From Raillietiella orientalis (taxonomy: Eukaryota), in assembly GCA_036172245.1 (NCBI GenBank), contig JAYWIR010000024.1, positions 930,001 through 994,000 of the forward strand: a stretch of 64,000 bases of DNA, given 5' to 3'. A model generated the notes under the pieces. The model was given only the letters and a program-made list of their open reading frames with translations, ran no database searches and was not told where the DNA came from. Positions 36,306 to 50,063 of this stretch are shown here, in pieces. Each line of letters starts with the position of its first letter. Within the stretch, counting starts at the first letter, position 1. The translations under genes were made by a program, and so were the position numbers.

Positions 36306-38299
36306 ATTTCTCTATTTTCAGCTGGTCACGCCGGAGCGCTTATTGTAAAAAAAAATATTTACAAAAAAAAACAGTCATATAAAATAGTTGAAAAAAATGT
36401 GTTTTTTCGTAGTGGCTTCACACCACTACTACGGAGGGAGATGCTTCGGAGGTGCTTCTCGTGAGCAGCTGCCCGATGAGATCCACACAGAAGGACTGGG
36501 GGAAGGGTAAACAAAAACAAAAAAAAACACACACACACACCAAAGTTGAGCTTAAAAGTGTTTGGAGGGAAAGAGAAAGAGTCACAGATTTCTTCATGGA
36601 GTCCGCAGCATCCTCTGGAGGATGTGGGCAACTTCCTCCCTTGGCAGAAATGTGGTCATCTTGGCGCCTTCCTCGTGAAGGAGACAATTGCTATGACCTC
36701 ATCATATGATTGACAAGCATGATGAGTGACGTCAGACAAGCCCTGTGGATTTTCCATTTTTGACGTCAATTGAAGATGTTTTTCAACATTTTTCCCCCAC
36801 CCTAGAGAATTTGTTTTATTCTTTAGGAGTTTCTAATTCACTTTCAAGGCAGCTGGGTACACACAGTTTAATGCCTTGCGCTCACAAATATGTCAGATCT
36901 AAAAACAATGATGTTGAAACTTTGAACATCAGACCTTGTTTTAGAGGTGGATAGTGAGATAACGTACTGAGCTTTTGCACCACTATACAGAAAAATTAAA
37001 GGAACGTTTTAGGAAAGAAACTCACATGCTAGTTGTTGAAGACGCAGAAAGTTAAAAGGGCCACGGCCAACGTTGAGAGCACATAGAAGAGCACATCTTT
37101 TCCTACACTTAAAAACCCACAAGTCTTAGTGGATTGTAGGAAGATGCTCGCAAAGCTATAGTTGCTCTTTTGATTCTGAACTCATCAGACTGCTTTCTTT
37201 GGCCGATAATCACGTCAGCTAGAGAGCATGAAACAGCCAGACGAAGAATGGTGCTGCTAGCTCAGGTGCATTTTTTTTCTTCCTGAATAGCGGCCGACAC
37301 TGCACCAAAAAGTAGAAGTTACTTTCCTTTTCATTGCAGGATCATCAGCCATCTAAAGAGGAAATCTGCTTGAACAATGGAAAGTCTACCTTTTCTGAGA
37401 GTGTTAAGTGTGGGAAGTCCCTTCATCCATAGTGAGCATCTAAGCGCAATAGTTATCTTATCTATAATTCAGTCTTCGATGAGGTCATTATGGTTTCCCC
37501 TCTCTCTTCCGCAACCACAATCTCCGAACATCTACCACCATTGACATCTGCCTTGTCATATGTATTCCCCTGCCATCTTCATCAACGTGTTTCAGTGCAG
37601 TGTTGCATAAACTGGTTCTGTGCTTTCTTCTATCTGGGTGTTTTTAGCGTAGCCGTTCGCTGTAGAGCATACGACGGTGTTGGGAGAGGTTCAGATAACC
37701 CCTGGACAGCAATCTCATGACCGAAAGCGAAGGCAGAACACAGCTAGGAAGTGGATCATCAGCGTGTCTGGACACGCTGATGGACGTTTACTGGACTCCT
37801 GCACTTCAGATTTTGCTAATCCACAAAATTTAAAACTCTCGCCTCTCGAAGAGAGCAAGAAAAAAGGACTTTCGAAGAGACACGGCTGCTCGGAATTAAT
37901 TGCGAAGTTTCCTCATAGATGCCTCTCGGAAGGCGTGCTCCAGCAACTTATAATCGTGACGTAAATCGCCGCGATGTTCTTTTTTTTTTTTTTTTGTCCG
38001 GCCTTTGAATGGAGGTCTTCTCTGTAGCATGGATTCCTGGAAGGATGCTCCCTCGAGTCCAGACTCTTTATAAGATGGACGTTCATGAGGGGAGTATTCG
38101 GCTTGAAAAAAAAGATGATGGCATACCTACTACACGTCGAAACAAGAAGAGCTTGTGGGTCTGTTGAAAGGAAAGGATAAAAGAGAGGACCCTGCATGCC
38201 TCCATTAATTGGCATGAGAGAATCCCTCTATATTCCTTCCTTAATTGGTAGGAATTAAGAGAATCAAGGGAAGAAGCCCACTTTTCCACTGTTTGCGCA

Positions 38300-40660
38300 A
38301 AATCGTTCCGTGGTAGGTAAACGCAGCTGCCGCCTAGCCACCCATCCAGAATCTCAGCGTCCTGGATGCAGATTTCGTGGGAGAGTCTACTCCAGGCTCC
38401 CCACTGCCTGGCTGCAGTGGGGAGCCTGGAGTAGTAGTGCTTCCAGGATTTCCAAGCGCTTGTGGGCCAGGGCAGAGCACCCTGCACGCATTCAAGGTAC
38501 TCTCGCAGTCCTGACGAGTCCTGGGCTGTTTTTGGTTTCTCCCTTACGACTCACCTTTCAGTTTTGGTTTCCGGGTGCTGCCGGCATCCCGTGCCCAGAG
38601 ACATCTCGATGTCTTGAGGTGAACTTGTTCCAATCGGAGGCCTCGAGAGACCAGCAGCTGCCGAAGCAGTTAGCACGTTGGGACACGTCTTTTCTCTTTC
38701 CCAAGAACTAGGCATTATGAGGACGTTCATTTCCAGAAATTTGGTCCACAATCGGAAGGCAGATCAGACCTCCACGAAACCCCGCATCACAGAGGCCGTC
38801 AAGAAGCGCGTCGTCAATCTTCCAAGCAAGAGAATATTTGTACGCGGATCTCGTTCAAGAAATGTCTTGATCTCGTTCGCCTACCAGATGAAATCGACAG
38901 CTGCGCCGTGGTGGCTTCCTGGAACCGGTAACATCTCTCGATCAAGCTTTTATGGAACTCCATTCTGCTCATGGAGGTGGATAAAGAAGAATCCAAACTC
39001 CCCCTCGACTAGCAGCGACATGCAGTCCTTCGGTTCTCCGGTTGTCCTCAGCAGCCCAGACCCGGGACCTCAGCAACCCTCTCCGGCAGCACTTGAGAGG
39101 ACATCGCGTTCTGAGTTCCGTCCCAGTTCCCGAACTCTTCGTTTTCGGGAGGCGAGGACCACGAGGAGGAGTCGGTGACAAAGCATTCCTTCTCGATACA
39201 CCCTTGGGAAGCGTGTCCGGTCCTCTGGAACCTCCTTACCTTCTTGAGCGGCCACTGAAGCTCAGGACGCTGGCGGAAGTCCTTCGCGCCTCCTACTTGC
39301 GGCTATCTTCGTAGGCACAATGATCTTCGTGTAGCAGATGGACCTGGAGGGAGTCTGAAGGAAGGCCTCTGGGACGAACGGGGATCCCTTCGGGATCACC
39401 TCGGTCCCCTCGTACAGGACCTTTGGCGACACCGTGAGGAACCTCAACGAGGGTGCGTGGCTCCTTTTCTCCAGGAAGTACGGAGGTCTTGTCCACCTTC
39501 TTCTCGGCAACAGCTCCTCCTTCTGCCCTTCTTCCTCGTACCAAACGCCGGCAGGAAGCCACAGCATGGACCATTCGCCGTTGCCTCAGCATCAGAGACA
39601 GATGGGTTCCCTCGAGAACGCCTTTGCTCATGAGTGAAGCACAACGAGTCATGCCCAGAACAGGAGCAGCATTTGCTGCACTGTCTTTGCAGCTGCTCGC
39701 TCCAGGAGATCCTCGAGCATCCGTTGAAAGATCCATGGGCAGGAAGAACATCCCTTGACGCAGCTGTGACCTACCTGAAGGAACACATGGGCAGCAGCCT
39801 TGCGGCCAAATGGGAATTTCGTGTTAAAATCTCCGCCAGGAGAGGAAGACTGGGTGAGTAGACGACGGGACAACTTACAGGCGCTGCGAACCCGAAAACC
39901 CCACCCTGATGACTTTTGCACTGGGGTGAGCTACTAGGTATTCCGAAGGAACACCTGCAGTGGCCTCCAGTGCTTCTGGACAAACACACCTTCCCCTTGA
40001 AGTGGAGCAGGAGTCAGCACTGATGCTTCTGCGCTGGGGCCTCCCGTGCAACGCCTACCAATATCACTGGACACGGAGGTGTGTGGACCCAAGCTGTGCG
40101 GGGTGCGTGGGAGCGTGAATCCCTTCCACGTCTGCTTGTGGATTGTGTTGTTGCCCTCCAGCTCTTCTGAGAACTCTTTGCCTCGACCCTAGGAACCCCC
40201 GGCGACAACTCCAGGGACGCTTTACAACTCCTCCCCGTTCGCAACGCTCTTCGGCCGGCAGACTCACTAGCAGCTCGCTGAGGCTTACGAGGGGTCGTCG
40301 CTGCCTGGAGCGACTCAAGAGCGCACAGCGACAGGATGTCACATCCACTTTGCCGTCCGATTTCATGAGGATGGCAAAGAGATGACCTCACCTCAACAAC
40401 TCTATCCAGCAAGAGCTTGCCGTCATCCTGCAGAGGATGCAGAGGACTGCCCCCAGAAGACAACGTAGACTGCCCACTTCCCGCATCCCCACCTCCACCC
40501 AAAGCTGTTTATTCCTTTTTTTGTTTCTTTTTGCTTGCCTCCCTTCCCTCTGCTCGCTGGTCCGCGTACTGGTAACCCAGTAGGTTCCCGTTAAATTGCA
40601 CGTGGCTGGACTACCGATGCGACCACAAAGACAGTGATTGTTTATTTTTTATATATGAAA
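38300..40660 (+). mobile_element. Decayed L1/Tx1-like ORF2 (RT to zinc finger) with 3' UTR
   Basis: 'VFSLSQELGIMRTFISR', GCCTACCAGATGAAATC (AYADD-like, ~38880), 'FSRKYGGL' (cf. PKxxGGLG, ~39470) and 'ESLPRLLVDC' (~40120). The 3' UTR is similar to 24720-24810. Confidence 0.55.
38387..38434. repeat. Perfect 21-bp inverted repeat, 6-nt loop
   Basis: CTACTCCAGGCTCCCCACTGC-ctggct-GCAGTGGGGAGCCTGGAGTAG. Confidence 0.95.
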
Positions 40661-42149
40661 CAAACGTCCCGGCGCACCCGGGTGACAATCGAGAACGCCT
40701 CCGATCAGCAGGACTCCGAGCCGGTCATCCTGGTGGTGGTCCGCGACACCGCCGAGGACCACCACCCATCTGGCACGAGGTCGCTGGACCCCGGTGACGG
40801 TCCGTCCATTCCTTCTCACGTGGGTGAAGCATGGAACTCCGCAGCTGCACTGCCGTGGCCCCAGTCCAGTGGCGTAAAAAAAAAAAACAGAATCCAAGAC
40901 GCACCCTCACAAGCGGACCTCGGAAACATGGCCAAGTCCAGAAAGGTGTATTCGATGTATGCCTAAAAGGTCGCCAAGCATCCGGGCGGAGGCAGGAGAG
41001 CTCGAACCCCTGAAGATGGCGAAACAACCTTTGGTAAACATTCGAATTTACCCTTGGGGTGCTCACGCTCCGTGAAGCTCCTTCATTCAGAAACGCCGTC
41101 TAGATCAAGGGAAAGCCATGTACAGGATGCTGGACAGGATCGTGATTCAACCTCTTCCTGAGCACCGGAAATCGTCCAGAGCTACCACTTCTCCATGCAT
41201 GCTGCTCGGTGGAGACCCACTGCCCACGCGAGAGGCACCCATGGGAAGCGCTGCAGTTCTTCATGCTCAGGAGTTGCCCGGCATGGCGAGAATCCTTCAC
41301 ACGCAGTCCTCGCTGCGTGGGAGATCCCAAATCCATTGCATGAGCGATCACCCGGCCAACCAGCCTCACCGCGGATAGCAGCGCAAGGAATCGGTGGCTT
41401 CAAACCAGCCAGTTCCAATAGGAAGCGACCCAAAGCTCCGACCGTGATCTACTCGACACTGCCTACACTTTCGGGAGCGCAGAGCAGCATTGGAAGAAGC
41501 GTGGAAAGGAAGTCTCTCGCCTTACCTTTCCCTTCCCCCTTTCCATCCCCTCCTGCTGTCGCAGGACAGAAGAGTGCCGGCTTCGGTAAGAGAAGTGGTT
41601 GTGGGATCGCTGGTGCAAGCAAAGGCGAGGTGCTCACAGGAACTGGACTCTCCAGATCCAAAAAAGATCCATATATGCAGAAACGTGAAGAGAATGGTGG
41701 CTTGCGTCAGCATCCAGCATAGCATAGATGTTTACTGAGGACGCGTCTTGGGTCACCGTCCAAAATGAACCACTCCCAGAGAGCCTTCTGCGGGCTGGCA
41801 AGATGGCGGAAGCTGCAGGTTTCCACCTTCTCCAGCGGTCGATTGCATGCACCAAACCTGAACAGAACAGGCCTCAATGTGCTATCCTGGCTCTCCGCTT
41901 TCAGGATTCCCCCCTTCCCAGCTGAGAGTCGAAAGCTGTCCTTGGACGATGCCTCCCGGCCGGGAAAAACAAGGTCTCGCTCCTCCACGCCGGGTTCTCC
42001 ATCTCGCGGGAGACTTTTTCATCCCCATGGAGAGAAACGCTCCCCCAAGCACTCCCTTCGACTCCCGGCACCGCGTTTGCGGGATGCCACCCCCTTCCGT
42101 CCCCTGCTCCTTCGCAGCCTCCTACCGTCTGTGGATGAGCGGATCTTTC

Positions 42150-43400
42150 GGAGGCAAGATGACGGCTAGCTCCGGAAAGGAATGGGTGGATCAAGCTCTG
42201 GTTGCGGCGATTATGAGAGTTGCGGTGAGAGAGAAGAGAGGAAAGGATTCCCTTATATTTTCATCATCCCATTCGGGTGCTTTTTCAGCGACCCACTTCC
42301 GCCCTTTTTAGTCGGAATCACGGTCGGTTCCACTTCTGGATGTCGAAAATGCTTCAAGAACGATCCAAGACTTACCGGGGGATAGCTTCTTACCCCCGTG
42401 ATTCACGGGAGAGCGATTCTCTTTGTAAGGAAATCTTGGACCATTATTCCAGGTCCAGGAACGTCTTTCCTTACTGCCCTGCCCCCCTCTCCCCCGTTCT
42501 CCTGCCCATTTCCTGGCGCTCAGGAGGAACCGAGGGGTTGAAGGTTGGACTGCTGGAGGCGGTGGAGGGGGAATGGAGGCACAAGACTAGGAATGGAGGA
42601 AGAAGAGGTTTGGGATGTTTTGCCGCCCCGCTCTTGTCTTCGGGAACCCGCAACCCAGCGCCCTCAACGAGTGTTCATTGCTTTACCAGCTCGCGCGCTT
42701 CCCGAGAGCAGTCGCTTCCGCCTACCTCGGTCCTTTCCTGGAAGCTGCAGATCTCCTGCGTATGCCTCCCTTCTGACCCCGAGGAGCGGTTTCACACAGG
42801 CAGACTGCGTGAAGGAGCTGCTTACGGCATCCACTTCCTTTCGGAATTCTTTCCGTTTCTTGCTCGGTGTTCGAGAGCAGCGGCTCCATCTGCGGACGTC
42901 CCCTCTCCCCGTTTTCTCCGAGTGCCTCGGGTCTTTACTCCCTTTTTCCATTCAATCCGGCACTCGAGAGGACCTTCTCTTTCGTTCCTTGCGTGCTCGC
43001 GGAACCCGTGTTCTCGCCTGCCGGCGAACTTCGCTGCTGGACTTCTTCCAAGATGCATTGCTGGTCCCCTCCCTGCTTACTCAGAGATGCATCCAAGCAA
43101 AAATCACCTGCTCAGCAGGAGTTGGTGATGCCAACTGCTGCTGAGGTGGTCGCTACCGCACCAGTTGCAGCATGGGCTACATGATCGCGGTAGACAAGCC
43201 ACGGGACGGACTTCGTATAGGCTATCCACGAGGAAGCTCCACCAGTGGGATGGTATGGCGCGTGCGAAGGTCGAAGTGCAGATGAAGCCGGATTTCTTGC
43301 AAAAGCAGCCGCATGCGGAAGAAAGTGGAATTCCAAGTCCAAGTGAGGGCATGCGTGAAAGCCGCGTGAGAAGAAGGATTTTCTGATGCTCTCGATCTTA
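42150..43400 (+). mobile_element. Decayed Ty3/Gypsy pol fragment (RNase H - integrase core)
   Basis: 'HFRPF/LVG' (RNase H), 'IAGPLP' (cf. DIVGPLP, ~43060), 'TAAEVVATAPVAAW' (cf. TAExVAxAFxxxW) and 'HQWDGMAR' (cf. HPQxNGMVER). Confidence 0.6.
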
Positions 43401-46400
43401 TCTGATCTCACAAGGCGCAGTTCTAAGATGCCGAGAGATTTTCAGGGTTGCCTGCCATCATCATCACCGATTCGAAACCACCGCTTCAGAGCTTCCGGTT
43501 CTCAAGACTTCAGCATGAGGATGACCTGACCGAATTGTCTGGATAAGACCAGATTCCCCTTCCCATCTGCTGCAATCCAGAAAACCTTCCCGCATGAGGC
43601 TTGAATTCTCTCCTAGGAAGGTCGACCGCATTAAGAAAAGAAAAAAGAAAGAAAACGCCCAGATATACAATACAGGATCTTTCGGTCCAAGAGAATGGGC
43701 AACCGTCTCCTCTACGGTCTTCCGAAGAAAGCAGTAGCCCAAACCCCTGAAAACATTCCATCGCCATCGCTTTCAACCCTCTCAGGAATCTTCAAGATCC
43801 AGCAATGAAGGAGCTTCTTGGGAACATTGGCAACTGATGACTAATGCATCAGAGATTTTGATTGCCTAGTGGAGTGCACACGGCATGCTTTTCTTGGGTC
43901 AGGCGCCTTCGTGTGCCGACGAAAGATCTCAGATGTGAAGATCCTGCTCGCGTGAAGATGAAGCGCGATGCTGCAAAAGAAGCACGCAAATTCAACAAGT
44001 CCTGGTTTTGATCATCTAATCTCTTTTGGTTTGTCTCCCAGCAAACATGATCCTTCCCACAGCTCCCATCTCCTTTTCAAGGGTCCGCAGGGAGCGAAAC
44101 CCTGAAGAGAGGTCAGTCCTTTTAAGAATATTGAATGCATTTCCTGGATGAGAGATGCGTTCCTGGGAACGAACAGAGGCTGAACGCACCAAACAGATGG
44201 AAACACTTGGAAACGAAATGATCATGGATAGACAGCTCCCGAATTCAGGTTCCGTCCTTCTGGTCCATAAGGTAGACGAAGTTCTAGAAGACAGTGGGGG
44301 ACAGAGAGCTCGGAGAGAGGCCGACACAGGATCATTATTCGGAAGGCTTACGACTGCAACCCAGAATGGTGGCACAGGATGCACAGGAAATGATTCTGGG
44401 AACGATTTCCATGAGTACTCTGGCTTTCAGGGATCCGAACGCGGGCTGCGTTGGAAAACGCGCTGGAACTTTTGCGGCTCTTCTGCTGCCTGCTCTCCCA
44501 GAGGGGAGTGCATGACGAGGTTTCCTGGAACACCACAAAAATTGTTCCAATGGCATTACCACGAAAAGTGTTCCAGTAGCTGCTGAACCACTCGAAAAGC
44601 CTGGACGGGTTCCGCCATCTATGCATGGAAATGCGAACCATGACAGCCTGCAGCTTTCGGGTGAGATCCTCGATCGCAGCTTCCCTGTATTCCTTTTCTG
44701 GAATGCAGTTGCTTTATCATAAATCCGCTTTCCAGAAATCTTCTAGAATAGGTGGTTAGCAAATGCATTGCCATGAATTTCCGAACTTTATCGTTTTCCA
44801 GTGATTTACAGGCAGGATGGCAAGAGTTCCCGATGTTTATCTTCCTCTCCGGCATTGTCAACTTTGTTGATGGATCAGTCGGCCATTAACTGATAGGAAA
44901 ATTTATATGCAGTCACTTTTTTGTTCTTTGTTATTTCGGCCGCTTCCCGGCGTAACTGAAATACAAATCGGCCTGACCCACATTGCGTCCACGCTGGACC
45001 ACTACAGAATGTGCCTACCTATTGTTTCTCATCTTCTGAATGATTTCGCCCTCCAAACGACTAGCACCTTAAGACGCCATTCCTTGGTTTCGCAACCATC
45101 TAGTGGATTCCATTCCCGATGCATGCGTAATAAGTTAATTAACGAAAAGTCCTTTCCTCGAGCGATTGCTATTTTAGGAGCCTTTCCGAGGACAGAGGGA
45201 AAGAAATTCAGGAATTGGAGAGTTCGGAAGGACGTTTCATCCCGTTCTTTCCAAAGGCGAACTCTTATATTGCAAAAGCACGAAGTGCAGGAGGATAAAC
45301 TTCTCCGGAGATGTGTTTTTTTCCTTCTGAAGCAAAAAAAAAAAACAAAAAATCTCTTCCTCCTAGGCAAAGGTGCGAGCCGAGATGCACCATTAGTTTC
45401 AGAGATCAGAGGTCACGAAGCAAGGGAATTCGTGGTTCATTCGTAAAGATCCAGGGCAGCACATAGCCATCGGATCTTCAGTCAATTCCTCATGCAAAAG
45501 TGAGAAGAGCATCGTCGCTCCCTCGAGAGGAAGAGAAAAACATGTCGGGCGGGTTCGTCTTCTTGACTCTTCTCGCCACCACGGGAACCGGGTGGCGACC
45601 ACTCTAGCATTTTTGGGTGGTAGGTGTGCTGGACATTCCGGGCGGATTCTTCCTTGCCAGTGGTGCTGGAGATGACGGAGGTTCGGTGGAGTTCGCGGGA
45701 GCCGCGCGCGAGCTGAGCTTCCTCATCAGTCGGAAAAATCTCAGACAGCCTTGAAGCTCAAGGATACCTGAAATACCAAACAGCGTGCTGAAGTCGCGTC
45801 CTGAAGCTCCCCGTCGCAGATCGCACGACTTGGGTTGGGCGCTCCGACCCGCTTTCCAGGTCACAGAGACCCCATTAGGATGAAATGGGAAGGAGGGGGG
45901 AGGGGAGAGGAAGGAGAGAAGGAAAGGGAAGAGTCACAGCTGCGAGAAGGGAGCTGCCGAGGAACCCACACTCGCGCCACTAGTTTAGCGGCTCAGTGCA
46001 AATTCTCGGGCGCACTCGGGCGCTCCAAGCGGCACCCTCGTTAACCTTCCAGAATCATATTTCGGGCTGCCGTGCTCACGCTGATGAACTCTTGAAAACG
46101 GTATGGCAGGGGGAACCACTCCCCTCCTCGAAAAAAAAAAAAAAAAAACAGACAGAAGGCGAATAGGGAATGTCTTTGTTTCCATCTCCAGAAAATGTTC
46201 AGACATCGGATGAAGGACACAAAGGGACGAGAAGCAATGGTCAAAGGTCAAGATGAGAAGGTCCACACAAAAAAAAAATTAAGGCAAAAAAAAAAAAGAA
46301 CAAACTCGTTTGCAGCTCTCCTCTGAATCAGAGTGAGGGTCGCTGGTGCGCGTTGGCTGCGCGGTCCACGTTGCCTCCGCGCTTGACTCCTGGCGAGGGC

Positions 46401-46749
46401 TTCCCGGAAAACAACCAATCAGCGATCAATTCCTCACGAAATTTTCAGAAATTCCGACGGCAAGGAGCGGAATCTCGAAGCAGAAAGGACAGGAAGATGT
46501 CCGAAGACCTTATCGGAGGAGGCAGAGAAGTTCTGCTGAGGCTGGTAGCGCAAAGGTTTCTCAAACGGTCGTATCTTCGAGGCACCCAGAGGCGGAAACT
46601 TGGGCGCAAAGTGAACTCCAGAAGATGAGGCGTCACTCTTCACGAGCTATCAGAAAGTATTTCACCGAACTTTCTAGTGTAGGAAACACAGGAGATTCAT
46701 CTGTGATAACGCGCGCCTTGAGTTGTTGGTTTCCCTCGTTCCATTACAA

Positions 46750-47750
46750 GAAATGAGAGACTAAAGAAGGTAACCTCCTCACCATCGCTCTTCAACACTA
46801 GAGCGTGCTGAGCCATCCAAAGGCCTCCGTTGACTTCGTCTACTGAGACCTCACCGTTTTCAGGAAACCCAGAAAGATCTTCAGTGCCTCGCAGCAGGAA
46901 TTTAGAAGTGCAGAAAGGGTACCCAGGGGGTGCTCTCCAGGGTGAAAAAACAGCTCACATGTTAGGAAGGTGTTGAGGTAGTGGGCAGAGAGACCCTTGA
47001 GGAACGTTCTTTCAGGAAAAAGAGTTAGGAAAAAAGAAGGCTGCTTCCTTCGATTCCTTCCATGAACTGCAGCAGAGACCTGGATTTCCATCTTTCTGGG
47101 ATTTCTTGCACACATAGGCAGTCCTTAAGCAACCTCCACATCTCGAGCCCGCATCCGAAGGTGAACCAACTGATGCTCGTGGTCTGCCACCTGCAAATCC
47201 TGGTCGATGGACTGGAATGAGAGATTTGATTTTCCTGTTGCTTGGGTAAAGGGCAACGGGGAGCAGATGGTTCCTCAAACTGAAGACGAAATGCGGATGG
47301 GGGTTTCGAACATGCTGTGCTTGGACTTGATGGCTTACATTATAATGCTTCTTGGATTCGTATCTAATCACAATTCTGCAGTGGAGAAACGATCGCCTAG
47401 AGGCACGACGAACCTATAGTCCGGATCAACGAGTGGACGAGCGGTGACGAGCGGACTTGATGCTCCATGGAGACGGGAAGGCGAAGATAGTGGGCGTCTC
47501 CTGAGGAGACGCCCACTATCTTCTATCGCGGAACTAGAGTCTATCTAATCAATCTTCTATAGGGGAACTAGAGTCAGGACGAGGGAAAGAAGAGCAGATA
47601 CAGGGGACTGGCTCCCTCACATTGTCGGTAGAGGATCCACCGTCCGTCAGAGTGCCCATCTTGCTCTTTAGATCTTTAGGGGTCATGGGATCCGGAAACG
47701 ACGAAGCTCCAAGAGAAAGGCAGCTCCCCAAGCGATTGGAGATAATCGTG
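46750..47750 (-). mobile_element. Decayed Ty3/Gypsy pol relic, same family as 1550-3900
   Basis: 'FPDPMTPKDLKSKMG' (cf. PxPxTxKxLRSFLG) and 'FLGFLKTVRS...AFGW' (integrase zinc-finger-like). Nucleotide match ggtcatgggatc...aagctccaagagaaaggcag...aagcgattggag with 3375-3434. Confidence 0.5.
47483..47523. repeat. Perfect 20-bp inverted repeat, 1-nt spacer
   Basis: GAAGATAGTGGGCGTCTCCT-g-AGGAGACGCCCACTATCTTC. Confidence 0.95.
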
Positions 47751-50041
47751 CTGGTTAAGTTATTGGCGGGGCAGGCATCACAGTCAGAAGCATGAATCTC
47801 TCAGGTGTTTGGGAACTTCGGAAACACTGCGGACACGAGGGTAGCAGGAGATCCGAAGACCAACATGAAATTCCTTGTAAATGCTGAGAACTTGGCCGAG
47901 GAAGGCATTTTCGATTGGATCGAGTGCCTCGGTCCTACGCTGGGTCCAGATGTTCTGTTCACACAGTTGCGCTCACACACCTGAAGCACAGAAGCTTGAA
48001 AGAACGCTTGGTAAGATAGTCAGGAATTTGAAACATCTCGGAATCTCGTGTTAGGGCAGAGTGATTCGTTCCCCAGGCAATCTTCAAGGCTTAAAGGCAT
48101 GTGAGTGAGAAAGGTATGCTAAGTGCCAGATGATCAGCTTTGTTCAAAGAGTTGTTTGCGAGAGGTGTCAAGAGGACCAGAAAAACAGGAATCGGATGAC
48201 ATAAAACGAATCCTTCTTCTATCCACAAATAGAATTCCAAAAATAACAATATCTTGGGAATGAGAAGCTACTTCTATCTCTAAGTCATTTCTTGGAAAGA
48301 ACAAGATTTTTCGTGGAAGGATTGGAATACTTTTGGCAAAACAACTCACAGTGCGCCCGCGAATTTCTCGTTTTCAAACGTTATGGGAGATTGTGAAATT
48401 GGCGGTTCGAATGACGTGAAGGTTTGACGCATAAGCAGATATACAAATGGAAATGCAGGCAAATGGTGTATGTCCCTGTGTCAGTGTATGTTTATAGCGC
48501 ATGCATACCTTTACGTTTTTTACTTAATCTCTCTGGGTTCAGCTGGCTGCTGGATATGGTAAATTTTTATGTCCTTTCTGTATAAATGCGGCTTCCGCCT
48601 GAATGCACTTGGAACGGATTCGCAAGGTTGCCTGCCAGCTGTAGCAGCACTCCTGGAGATCTTCACAGTGGTTCGTTCGGAGGCGAAGTCAGAAGAACGA
48701 AAACCTCCACTTCCACCGTTGCAGACCACATCTGCAGCGGTCACCCTTGCAATCACTGAGCAATTACGAAAGCTAAGGGAAACGCTAAATGGCAAAAGAC
48801 CACATGGCGCCATGGTTATCGATTCTGATCAAAGCGAATGACTGGGACTGTCTCGTGTAGATGTCACTCGGTTCGCGTCTAGCTTTCGAGCTACGCTGCG
48901 GCTCTCCCGCCTTCCTGTGAATCACTTGGAGCTCTGGAAAATAACGTGCCCTCTCAGTCTTCCCCGAGAACAGGCATTCTCGAACGAAGTGGGAATGCCG
49001 GAGCTTTGATTCAAAGACCCTTGTCAGCGATGCTTTGATGTAGAATAGTCGGCACCAACATGTCGACGAATCGTAGGGCAACTTTAGCACGCGGCCCACT
49101 CGCTCCCTATTCCACGAGGGTCAGATGACTGGTTTTCCATGTGAGAGCCTTCCCGACCCCTGAAGTTACGCGAGGGCTGAAGCGTCTCCGTCGCGATTGC
49201 GATTTGCAGCCAGTGCTTTCATCTCATCTCTTGGGTAGCTGAGAGATCCACAGAGAGTCGTGTACGTGGCAGAGAACGTCTCCGAAGTTTCGGGTCAGAC
49301 CAGCCCGAGAAAGCGAGTCCGGAACGAGGAAATCAAAACAGCGCAGGGTGCCGCAAGAGGGCACACGATACTCTTGCGACGAAAAGGGAGGCAGATTAAA
49401 CGCAGACCACCCACTTTCGAGAGTAAAGACTTCCATGTCTTGCAGTGTGCAGCATTGAATGAACTCTTTCTACGCACGGATGTGTGGTCTCGGGATTTGG
49501 GACCCATGGAAGCGAGTGTGAATTTTCAAATAAACCTCACGGCTGACTTTCCGTTCTAGAAGAAATGGGCCGTGGTTAAAAGGATCGCTCCTGACGACAG
49601 CCTAAGGGAGATTCCATCCGGTTCAAGAAAAAAGAATTCGAATTCATATACTAGAAGGCGCAGGGAATAAGCAAAAGGAATCAGTTGTAACTGCTCTGGG
49701 TGTGAACGCGACGACGCCAACAGTTGCCAGACGAAGACACTCTCCCTTTGGCCTCCTTTTTTTCCATCCAGTATGGATGGACTGATATGAGTTGATCCGA
49801 TATTGGGCATCCGAGACAAGAGCCACTAATCATCCAGCATCTTTTCAAGATGGAACCCACCCTTCCTGTTTGTGATCTCGTCTTTTCTTAGCCAATTCAT
49901 TCCACGAGCAAGAGCGGAAAAGCACGGCGACAACTGCCTAATGAGCGTGCCCATGAGAGGCAGTTGAATGAAGAAGGCAGAATAATAGTGGGTTGAAGAA
50001 GAAGAATAGGGATGGCAAGAATCAGTCATCGGAGTGTGTAC

Positions 50042-50063
50042 GTGTGTGTGTGTGTGTGTGTGT
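50042..50063. repeat. (GT)11 microsatellite
   Basis: Read directly from the sequence. Confidence 0.9.

Noticed and set aside
40660..41400. Possible Tx1 ORF1 remnant (RVTIENAS..., degenerate knuckle)
   Set aside because: Motifs too degraded to support a call.
44000..44900. Possible LINE RT remnant ('LGTISMSTLAF')
   Set aside because: Single weak motif only.
46066..46110. Hammerhead-like CTGATGA...GAAA (also CTGACGAGTCC at 38511)
   Set aside because: No pairable stem II or correctly placed GAAA/UH core.
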